A DNA stretch of 64,000 nt from Phoronis australis (lineage: Eukaryota > Animalia > Phoronida): assembly GCA_002633005.1 (NCBI GenBank), contig NMRA01000064.1:938360-1002359 (forward strand), in the 5' to 3' direction. The notes beneath the pieces are model-generated. The model worked only from the letters and a program-made list of their open reading frames with translations. It made no database searches and was not told where the DNA came from. A program made the translations under genes and the position numbers. Positions 23,201-33,923 of the stretch are shown here, piece by piece (position 1 is the first letter of the stretch; each line of letters begins with the position of its first letter).

Positions 23201-24430
23201 CCAGTAAGAAAAAATAACAAGTGGGCAGACGCATTAAAAATAAAATAACGAAAACCAGTATGAAACATGTCGTTCCTTTGGGAAGTGACCCTTTGTGAAG
23301 ATAAACACAAGTTAAACTTTTTAGTCATTTTGTAATATTTATAAAGTACCAACTTAAAACTGCTCTCCAGAGTTGCAGGTTGTAACATCTGCAAATGTCA
23401 GAGAAAACCAAATTGAGGGTACTAACAACACATTACCATTGTTGAGATAGTAATGCTAGCTATTGCCTTTCCACTTCATTAGCTCAGATCTACATCAATA
23501 CAATTAAAATGCGTGCTGAATAGGCATCCTAAATGTCGTCTGCGGCTAAGGGAATCTGAGCGGTGACCAATGTAAGCGAGAAATTCTCCACATGCCCTAC
23601 GGAAGCTGGAACCGGTGAAGACATTGTTGCGTTTAATAGCACATAGAATGTTTATTGCCAGCGTGCACAAGCGTCAGACCTCTTTCTGTATTTTTACCCG
23701 CAAAAAATTAATTATACCGCCGTGGCTAATGTGGAGTATTATCTTTACTGTAAAGAAATATAGTTAAGAATTCATTAGATTACAAAACCCATCTTTCCCG
23801 CAAAACAACATAGATCTTTTCTTGGACCAGATCCTTTCTATTTGGGCCTACTGCTCTGGGAAAGTTCATTGAGATTGCTTCTGAAATGACGTAACTCTCG
23901 AAAACCCCGTCGCGGTTTTCTAAATTACCAGTTCTTGGTCGTTTTCGCAACTTCAGATTTTTCGTAACAACAATGAAAGCCTTTAGTTAATTTTATCCCT
24001 CTTTCAAAAGTGGAACATTATAGCATGTTATTGAAAGGTGCATCAAGGAAAGTCTCGTTTGAATCACACCAATCTGTCCTACACGCAAGGATTAGGCTAA
24101 CAAGAGGATTTCTCTTACAATCCGCGTATACATGGCCCTGAGATAAGTGAGCGAACCTACCTTCCGCCCAACAGTGTGTCCTCCGACTGGATTCTCGCTT
24201 AACCAGTGATCACAATGTAGACAACGTTTATTATTGTTGTTGTATAAAAAAGTAACACAAGAGATGTCGCTGCTGCAAGTGATTGCACATTCTTCAACAG
24301 CTGCTGTGACGTAATGGTCCTTTCCAACGCAGTAATTTTCGGTTGTTTTTCCCAGTTTAAATTCGGTTAGCATCGCCGTAACGCTTAAAAGACACCATAG
24401 GTAGGCTGTTGTTACGATGGTCCTTGACAT
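20289..24430 (-). CDS. Secreted PAN/apple + fibrinogen C-terminal domain protein (FReD), paralog 2, 303 aa
   Basis: Exons 24430-24161 (270 nt), 22369-22345 (25-nt micro-exon VFFDCSQP) and 20905-20289 (617 nt), identical in size to paralog 1. By manual alignment, 33 of about 205 residues differ in the FBG exon. Confidence 0.93.
21660..21718. repeat. (GTGTGCTTGC)n / GT-rich simple repeat
   Basis: gtgtgtgcttgcgtgtgtgcttgcgtgtgtgcttgcgt. Confidence 0.8.
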
Positions 24431-25414
24431 TGCAAAACGTTTTCTACAATGAAATTTCAATCGCATAATCATTGGTTTCGTTGGGCGTTTATTGGCATTT
24501 TCGCACTTAGTTAGTTGACCTGTGTTTTGTGGAGCTTGCGTCAAGTGAGACGTACCAGGAACAATATGCTGTTGACACTTTATGTTTCTCATAGTAATTG
24601 CCATCTTTTTGCACGACCTATGAAACACACTACTGATTGCGGAGGTGTGTGTTAATGCGTGAGAAATCACGCTGGAGAGCATACACGCGAATTATACTTG
24701 ATTTCTTTGTACAATAAAAGTGGAAAATTGGTATACTACATATCACTGCAAAAATAATTGATGAAGTTTTTGTAATGCTGGCAACAATACGTCGGTTGCA
24801 CTTGAATTTCTTGTCCTCAGATATCTAAGTGCAGAACGATATTGATGTTAGGGTGTGATGTCGATTAACTGATAAATGACGGACAAAGAAGATTCCAAAT
24901 TTGAGATTACCTTGGGCGTGATCTGATCATAAACAATAAGATCATATTTCTATGACCAGACCTAATACAGGCCTAAGCACACAGACCAACCGCAATGTCG
25001 ACCGGAGGTGAAGATTTAACGCAATCTTTGTTCTCATTTTCCAATTCTCCTAATTCTCGTTAGTGTTACAACCAAAAGGATCTAAAATACTTTAAAATTC
25101 TATTTATTTATTAAGGTGACAAAAAGTTTATTAAGCTGCCAAAACGAAACATGAATTAAGCCAGATTAGCTCATAAAATCGGTCTACAATAGAACTTATT
25201 TCTGTTGCCAACAAGAACATCGATCACACTTGATTTAGGCCAGAACAGAAGCACGAACTTTAAAATTAGTGCGTAAGTAAATAACGACATATCTATCCAA
25301 CGTTTCGGTTTATTACTCTAAACCATTCTAAAGGAAACAGTTCACAGACTCAAAACGGGCGACACAGGTAGTGAAGAGATTGTACAGGTACACGTCATTG
25401 TGAGAGGGAGAAAC

Positions 25415-25562
25415 CTGGGCCCGGTCTCCAATCTCCGTACTCAGACTCATACTCATACTCGAGATTCCATACTCAAAATCGTGCTTACTGGAGTCGTACT
25501 CAAAAAANTGTGAGTTTGAGCATGATTCGAGTCTGAGTACGGAGATTGGAGACCGGGCCCAG
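25415..25562. mobile_element. Young Harbinger-like MITE with 34-bp perfect TIRs
   Basis: ctgggcccggtctccaatctccgtactcagactc ... gagtctgagtacggagattggagaccgggcccag. Confidence 0.8.
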
Positions 25563-25701
25563 AAATCAAAACAGTTGGAGCTCAAATGAACCAATGTTTC
25601 TATTGAGGTAACGCTGAGCATGATTCAACCATATATGCATAGCCTCTTTTATAAGGAGCCTGAGGGTCTGAACACCAGAGTAATCTATAGTGTACACTGC
25701 T

Positions 25702-27500
25702 CTCCAAATCTGCCTCCACTGGTATGAGAATGAAACTTGGCGAAAATGTTAACAAAACATGTTAATTTCATTGCATGAAATAAAAACTTTGTCAGCCAGT
25801 TTATTAGTTATACATTTTGGCACCTCAAATGTACTAAAATCAGAACTTTTCAAATATCTGAGATCGTTGCGTCAGCACGTGAAATCAGATTGTATTTAAT
25901 GTTTTTTTTTGATATTTTGCAATGAATTTGTTCCTCCACCTAGAACTACAGTGCACCTAGATACCATAAATGACTACATTTTTGTAAAAATCGATTATGT
26001 CCTCCCAGTGAACATGAACTCGACAAATGTAGGTTATTTTGATTTATAGTTGTTATGCCTTGTAATTTCCATATGGGTATTTCTTCACACATGTTCAAAT
26101 CAGATTTTCTGTTGATTAAATTTTTATGCAATGCATTGTAATATAAAATGAATGATAAGTTTAGTGGCATGACCACAATTTTTTATACGACATAAAACAA
26201 AAGGCCGTAAAAGTCTTGTTTTCCTGACGAAATACCGTGTTTGCCGTTCTCTGAAAACATTCGAACGACAAGATAGACTCCACCACTGTCCCTGGCAACT
26301 CGTCGCGTGAATATTGCCCATCGGTCGTATCATTGTTTTCCGTTGTTGTGTCATTGTTGGATATAACGACACAGGTCACATGGATACAGAACCTTAGGCG
26401 TACATCAGACCGTTGCCGATAAATACTTGTCATTATTATAACAACGGGAACAATGAAGATGCTAATCTATTGTTCTCTATGCAACCAAGTTTCACGTGGA
26501 TGACGACAGAAAAGGAATGCCAAAGTATCCACAAAAACTTATCACGCACCTCAGTAACTCTTACCGCGCACAACAATTCTTCCCATGGAACCTAAACACC
26601 AATTTTTTATATCCATGTATTGTGCTGTATTGCTCATGATTTGGGTTCAGATTCCGTTGTATTAAGATTACAATCCCCAACCCTAAATATGCCGTTTGAG
26701 TAAAAGTTTTTGACATTGCAGGTTTATGGATTTACTCTCTTTTAAATGAAGAGTAAAGATTAAATTCTGCACCGGTTTTTCAAAAGTAATCACTTGCTGG
26801 AAGATCACACACCTAAAAAATAATACAATGTTTGACAATTTTATTCCTTATCTCATTTGAAAGTTATCTACCTCACAGGCAACTCGTCTAAGTTGAAAAT
26901 ATTTCACGTGAAAAAATATAAAACACCAACTAGAGACTAGTATACTACAGAATATGTTTTCATAATACAATACAAAGATAACTGTACAGTCAAAAGTGCC
27001 AATGTTATGACTAATAAACAAATACCTTCTAGGCCTTTTCAACACTCCAATTGATACAGGACAGAGTCAACCACACAAAACCCATAAAGTCAGAGAATTA
27101 CACTTAAGGTGATGTAGTCTCATTGTGAAAAAGGGATTTCGCAATGTCGCTGGCAACACAGTAAATTTTTTCTTCTTCTTCACAAACTTGAGGTGGCTGT
27201 TTGTACGGAGAATTGTGTACCACATCAATGTTCTTATCAACACTAACCACCACAAAATGAAAAATTGGCTTTTCGGTTCCAATTAGACAGCATTTTGCAA
27301 CGAAATGGTCGTGGAAGAAATACTTTTGCAACATGGTTTGCATTGCAATTGCCGTGCGATTACAGTTGTACATACATACTTGACCAGTTACGAAATTACT
27401 CATGGGAACCATGAAATTCTCAATTCACCAAAAACCAAGGAGTTACCAGAGCTAATGTGCCAACACTTTTCAGTACTGCAACAAAATTTGAAGTGGACAT
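25702..27500 (-). mobile_element. Internal fragment of the same element as 10226-13979 (matches about 10617-12455), upstream of FReD2
   Basis: Long collinear identity, for example ccaaatctgcc.ccactg.tatgagaatgaaact and ttttcagtactgcaacaaaa...ttgaagtggacat. Confidence 0.85.
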
Positions 27501-27813
27501 CTCTACATTGTAAGATGGCTTGTTTAATAGAGTGTGATGTTGTAACTACTTTCTATGTCAGAGGCCCGGGGTCGGAGGTCGTGACCTTTTAAGAAAAGCC
27601 TGGCTATTTTTGTCAAATAATGCTTTTACACAACACCAATTGAAAACTTAAATATTATAGAAATAAATTGAATTTATAAATTAAGGTTTACCAACTATTA
27701 TAGCTTAAAACACGTTTTTTTCACGCTAAGCTTCGACCGGGAAATTATCGTCTGCTAAAGTAGGTTACCACTGGTAACTGAATATAATTCTCAAGTCAAA
27801 GATCCTGACGACA

Positions 27814-28175
27814 CGATACCCGCATTCAAAGTAGAGATCGGTGATTTACAAGTAAGAGGACATGAGAGAAAAATTTCACCGAATTAAGATATCATTTTTA
27901 TGGAAATTATGTGTCTTATTTTTCGTAGCGCCCAAAGTACAGTACAATGCGGTTTGTTGAACGTGCGATTATTGCGCGTGCTCATTTAAGTATTCTCACT
28001 CTTGATGACGTCAGTCGCTGCGTGGTGTAGTGGTGAAGTCGGCGACCAGCAAAATTAGGGTCCCGGGTTCGACCCCGTCCTCGGTTTCCCGCCAAATCGT
28101 TATCTCACTAGTGAGATAACTTTATGGGTTATTACACGGTTATATCTGCCATTTGACGCTAATATTGTGGTATAA
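27814..28175 (+). repeat. Dispersed repeat containing a tRNA-derived head (about 28014-28084)
   Basis: A-box GTGGTGTAGTGGT (28022) and B-box GGTTCGACCCC (28066), followed by the perfect palindrome GTTATCTCACTAGTGAGATAAC. Confidence 0.75.
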
Positions 28176-31029
28176 ATCTCTATGTTTAAATCAAAGGTAT
28201 TTTTTTACAAAAAAAATGTCAATTTTAAAACAATAAATGTCGGTATATATTTTCTGAAAGTAAAAAGCTTCTTCAAGGGTTTGATGCACTAACTGTGAAC
28301 TAAGGCTGCTCAGCTGACGGACCTATAGGTAATAGTTTTGCCTGAAGCTGGCCACTGCCTAAGACTGTTCACTGGCTAGTTCACAACCTCACGAACAGTT
28401 TAGATTCGCCAATAGTTGCCGTTCTGCTAAATCATACATAGCTATGGGACCGAGGCCTAATCGAAATTATTTTTGACATTTTACGTTCTACTTCTGTGCT
28501 AACTCAAGATGCCTATCAGCTTGTGCTCGGAAAAATCTATGCTCTATGTATGCAAGTTTCTAGTCCAAGTTCGCACTTGATAACCATTCAGAAGACCTGA
28601 GGAAAAAAATCGAGTAACAACTCGAAACTTGGTTGGAGTTCATATCAGACTCGAACTCCTAGCCTTAATGATGGGGTCATCGAGTGCAAACTAGGCTTAG
28701 TCAGTAATCGAAGTAAGCCATATGTATACTCGAGCATAGAATAATGGACCCATATAATCTTGAGTTTGCACAAAAGTAGTATAGAAAAGACGGCCAAAAT
28801 AATCCGAGTTCGAGTTCGCCGAGTATAAAAATTAGACACCGGACCTTGTTGATGTATCATAACAAACACACGAAACAATTGTATCGTGTGACCGCACGAT
28901 TGCCGTGACAGTCGAATTCTTTAGACATTCTTTGTTTTGAAATTTGTGCTCCAGTTACCGTCTGAATGTTGAACTTAGCATGATGTCCCACACACGTCCT
29001 ATTGCATATGAGTGACACTAGAAAGATGCCGAAGATTTTCTTAACTTCTCGGAAATGGTTGATTAGATTCAAATGAAACTTTCACTTATTATCATTGATG
29101 CTGTTGTGAAGAGCTCTACGCTTTTTGAAAAGACGGTGTTATTATGGCTTTTATGAAGAAAAAGTGAAGCTGCAAAAAGAAAACAAAAAGTATCGCTTTG
29201 ACGCCGTTCTTGAAATTGCGCCTCGAAAATGTATCTAAAATTGGTCATTTCATTGATATCCTTTTTGTTGGGAATGTATCTTTCATTTTGGCTTAATTTT
29301 GCATCTTGAGATGGCAACGTAACCCTATCAAAATCAGCGTAGAATCAAGTCCAAAATAAAATTCTGCAAACTTCTACCTTCAGAAGATGTACGCTTTTAC
29401 TGAGTTAAATGCAGATTTGTTGATCTTGGCACTTGCAACCGTCAGGTATGCTGCGAATATGTTATCGCACTCGACACCTATATGCGCCATGTACGACCAT
29501 ACACGTATAAGCCGTGAACGCTGACACAAATGTTGCTGCCCGGGCGACAATATGTCGACGGCATGTGTATTTTTGCACGCATAAGTTGTCGCCCGGGTGA
29601 CAATGTGTCGAGTGCGACAATATTTGTCATTGGCAAGGTCCACGGCCAGATTGAGGTTTCAGGAGAAACATGCAAACGTGTCTTCCCCATCACCATAGCA
29701 GCTCACCGGCCTCAACCCATGACGTGGTCTTTAACATTTGTACGTGTTATGATGATCACATTTGCTCATAACCTCATTTACCCACACGGCATGGTATTAA
29801 AATGTCAAGGCGAGCAGTTGACTAAGATTTTTCGCTAGCAACATTGCATGAGGTCATGTCGTTACCAGGATTGACCGAAAGAGATTTTCAACCAAAACTT
29901 CAGTCACACCACGTAAGTTGCATTCACTGGATTAACGTTGGCCAAAATTTTGACGAATGTAACAAATCAAAATTCGTTTTACGCTGTTCAGTCTGTTTCA
30001 CGGGCTGGTTGCTTCAGTAATTGGACAAAATTGTGTTTTCACCAAGGACGATGACGCAGACCTCACGAGCTTGTGATCCTACATTGCTACAAAAGGTTTG
30101 TCATTATTTTACTGCAAATTTGTCATTCACAATTCACGTTTTAGCAAATGGTAGCTAGTGAAGTACCTATATCCATGTACTTTATGACTGTAAGAACACG
30201 AAACGGTTGCTGAAATTACAGAACAGACTCTGTGACAGGCAACTCTTCATGTCGATTTAAACGCAGACAGGCGGGGACTTCGGATCTGGCCGTTTAGCAG
30301 TTGACTCGGGGCATCGTAGACATGTTACATACTATGCAAATTGGTACGCAATATGATGATTTATGGTTTTTAAAATCATGTCCTGAAAAAGATTTTCATT
30401 TTTTGTACCCTTTGAATCACTAAAGTCAAAGGTACAAGCTCCTATTCAGATTTTAGGAAAAACCAAATATATGTCACACATGTGAAGGGAGGGCGTTCTC
30501 GCATGGTTTATTCAGATCAATGATAGTGCAGGCTGATGACTAAATGGGCGATACTGTTAGTGGAAGTCATTTGTCATACATCTGCAAGTCAAAGACGCTA
30601 TTATAAATTGACAAGTGTTTAAAGAAGAGTTTTCAAAAACTATAGGTTAAAGACACGCCTTTTGCGCGATAGCATGCATGAAGTGGTCCTGTACGTCTCG
30701 GTGTAGGGGAGGAGGGCTCAGGCGAGCTAGTCCAACCCTTATACCACTGGGCTAACAGAGAAATGCGATTTACCGCGGCAGCGGAATCGGTACCACCTTC
30801 TACAAAGCACTCACCACCAAACATACAATGTGTCCCTACTGCCGGAACTGAGGCACACACCGTTACTTCGATCGCACGACTTTTTTGCACGAATTGTGCA
30901 CCACACGAGTTCTTTCGTTTTTTAAGAGCTTTTTGGAGAGAAGTTATTTACACATGTGTAGGTCTCATAGCTAGGACACGTGTATACTGATGATGAAACC
31001 CGACATTTCAGCAAATTATTGGAATACCG

Positions 31030-32190
31030 ATGTTTTCTGCTGACTTCGACTCCAGTTCACGTATCGAACATAACTTGGAGGACAAGGTGTCGCGTGACTC
31101 CTTGGCGACTGAGGTGAGGAAACAGACATTAATCTTTCCATTGGTTATTATTTTTGCGGCTATATTTTCCCATTCGTTTGCCAATCATGACTGAAATTTT
31201 AAAATAAAAATGCACTTCGTACAACTTATCTTCCTAGTAATTATAATAACGCAGTAATTTTAAGAGTGTCTTTTTCGACTTGAGCCACTGCAAAACAATG
31301 CCAATTGGTTTTCATTTTCCAACGAGTATTTCAATATTCAAATTCATTTATTACTACCATTTTGGGCCGCCACTTATCACATTTGAACACTGCGTACATG
31401 GAGGTTTGTTTTACTCCAAAGTGCTGCACACCGTCTCCGTTTTTCTGCAGATTAAACCATCAAATCTGGCCAAACCAGCTAAAGATAGACTTCAACAATG
31501 GAGGACTCTTGTGTTGATTGCTTTTTGTGTTGGCATGGTAATAGCTGGAGGAGTGTCCCTTGCTGTGTATTATTTTGGTAATACATCATCATAAATCTGC
31601 TCCGTAGAAGCAAGAAACACGCGAAAAAGCAAGACCACGCATGTCTTGGTGAAATATCGCCACGCATTACAAGCGAAGCACGTGATAGCTTTTCTTGCGT
31701 GCCTTGCGTTTACGGAACACCCCAATTTCGATTTGTTAATATAGTGTTCGTCACGAAACAGATAAGTGTCTATGGAGACACGCACAGATAATGATGAGAT
31801 AAAACTCTTCCTAAATGGAAAGTTTAACTAGAAAATGATCGAAAAGTTACGTTTTATGAATAAGAGAATTTAAACCAGATTTTCGCATGAGAAGTTTATA
31901 AGCTACTCTTTCAACAGACGTGCTTATGCGGAATAATGTATTCGTTAATTTGTCTGCACTTGGCATTATAAATTTACCGAAAGGACTTATCTTCACGGAT
32001 TCTTGTGAAGAAAAAATATAATTTTCATTTTGCAGATGAGGTCGCTTCAGCTGACAGCCTGGAGACTTCAGCTTACATTACGACAAAGCCTCCTTCGACA
32101 GATAAGGCATTAGAAGGAAGATCGACAAGTTTTAACTCAAAATCGTCAACTACCATGAGTGAAATTTCCTTCAACAAGAAACGAATATAA
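31030..32190 (+). CDS. Small type II single-pass membrane protein, about 121 aa, uncharacterised
   Basis: Exons 31030-31113 (GAG|GTGAGG), 31451-31577 (ttctgcag|; TM LVLIAFCVGMVIAGGVSLAVYYF; G|GTAATA) and 32036-32190 (tttgcag|; S/T-rich). Phases 0 and 1 are consistent. An additional upstream exon is possible. Confidence 0.6.
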
Positions 32191-33026
32191 CTGGAAGATC
32201 ACAAAAAACAAGCTAGGCTACTCGACCTCGAGACCGCTCCAACACAATGCATGCGTAGTTATGAAAATATGACCGATTCTAATAAATGTAATACAATGTT
32301 GAAAACATTCTTCTATCTATAAGCTAAGAGGTTTCTTCTGTTTAAGTAAGTAGCAACGTTATTTACCACAAGTACGAATCGAGTCCCTTGAATTTCGTTA
32401 TCTAATTATCAGCTCATTTAATTTGAAAATTTTTCAAACCCTTCAAATAACCACAGAACGTTAACCCGAATACAACGCAGAGGGAGCATGTTTGATGAAA
32501 GTTGACGAGAGTCAAGACAGAAAGTTGGAGTTCTCACTTCACAATCACAGCGTGTACGGACTCATCGTTTACTAAAAACGCAAAAAGTTGACTGTAAGGT
32601 GAACTGGATAACCTGACGAATAATTAGTTGCCATGGAACTGTTGGCAAATACCATATATCTGGGATTGTCAAAAAATCACTATTTGATTTGTCACACGAG
32701 TGTTTTGAAATGGACAACATACCATGACGGCAAAAAGCTCTTGCGTTTGACACGAGACACGTCAATGACTTATAATAACGCGCTCTAAGACCGCAAATTG
32801 AAAAAAAAAATGCCTGTCCTTCCCACCACAACCCCGCCCATCACATTTCTCGCTTCTCAGCTTTGGAACAGTCAATCCCACCTAAATGTCCACCCTGTGC
32901 ATTTCTCGCCATCCGCGGTACAAACTTCATATTGGATCTTGAACGCCACGCTCGAAGATCACGAAAACACGAGCCGTGAAATTAAGAAGCCAACAGATCG
33001 ATTGTCATACAACTAAGAAAGTTTGC

Positions 33027-33923
33027 ATGTCTCGAGAAAACACTGCCAATACCAAGGAAAGCGACAATGTCCAAACTCAAAACGCCCACGGTGAAGAACA
33101 GGGACGGAATGATGAATTTACCTTGGAAGTGACTGCAGAGCGAAGTCCAACTAAAAGACACTATCATTCATTTTTCTGCGGACGCTGTCTTATCCCAAAC
33201 AACGCACCCAAGTCTGTCCTGATCGCTGGAAAAGTGCTCGGAGCAAGCACCATATGCGTCATCGTGTTCACTACGTTAACGATTTTTTCATTCGCCATAT
33301 CAAAGATAAATGATGAAGACGAGACAGAACGTGAACCGCATGAGGATGAAAACGATGATGATGCGTGGCAAGCCGTCAAACATTTACAAGCTGCTGCGTT
33401 GGTTCTTCTAACACTGTCACTGATAACAGCAATCGTGGCTAGAGCCATCTGGATGTACAATGGTCACTTCATCATCGAGCGTGTCAAGGGGTTCCGCGAG
33501 CGTACGCTGGCAAACACCACACTGCCCCTTAATGTACAAAATGAAGAGTTTTATGTTGGACTGACGAAGGAGGGCATCGTTACAATAACCACGTTTGTCG
33601 ACGTTATCCAAACAAAAACACTGGACGACGTTATACCAGAAACAACAATGGTTGACATTCCACATAAGGAATCGATGGGTAACATCCCGTTCATAACAAC
33701 CGTGGTTGACAATGAAACGAAACCACCAAAGGCAGACACACAAACAACAGCTGTAATGGCCGACGATACACCAAGAGCAACAATGGCCGACGATACACCA
33801 AGAGCGACAATGGCCGCCGATATGCCTCACTCATTAACAATGTCTGACATTTCACAAGAAGCAACATTGACTGAGATTCCACATACAGCATCGAGGGACA
33901 TGTCACAAACAACAAAACAGTAA
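33027..33923 (+). CDS. Single-exon two-TM protein with acidic loop and Thr-rich repetitive tail, about 298 aa, uncharacterised
   Basis: Longest ORF in the window. TM1 VLGASTICVIVFTTLTIFSFAI, acidic loop DEDETEREPHEDENDDD, TM2 AAALVLLTLSLITAIVARAIW, repeats MADDTPRAT. Confidence 0.7.
   Translation: MSRENTANTKESDNVQTQNAHGEEQGRNDEFTLEVTAERSPTKRHYHSFFCGRCLIPNNAPKSVLIAGKVLGASTICVIVFTTLTIFSFAISKINDEDETEREPHEDENDDDAWQAVKHLQAAALVLLTLSLITAIVARAIWMYNGHFIIERVKGFRERTLANTTLPLNVQNEEFYVGLTKEGIVTITTFVDVIQTKTLDDVIPETTMVDIPHKESMGNIPFITTVVDNETKPPKADTQTTAVMADDTPRATMADDTPRATMAADMPHSLTMSDISQEATLTEIPHTASRDMSQTTKQ

Noticed and set aside
24431-24682. 84-aa N-terminal extension of FReD2 in the ORF track
   Set aside because: It is not conserved in paralog 1; the ATG at 24430 aligns with 9466 and directly precedes the signal peptide.
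28014-28084. Functional tRNA gene
   Set aside because: A and B boxes are present, but the acceptor and anticodon stems do not pair convincingly and the sequence is embedded in a dispersed repeat. The same applies to 43891, 54057 and the A-box-only match at about 30700-30760 (minus).
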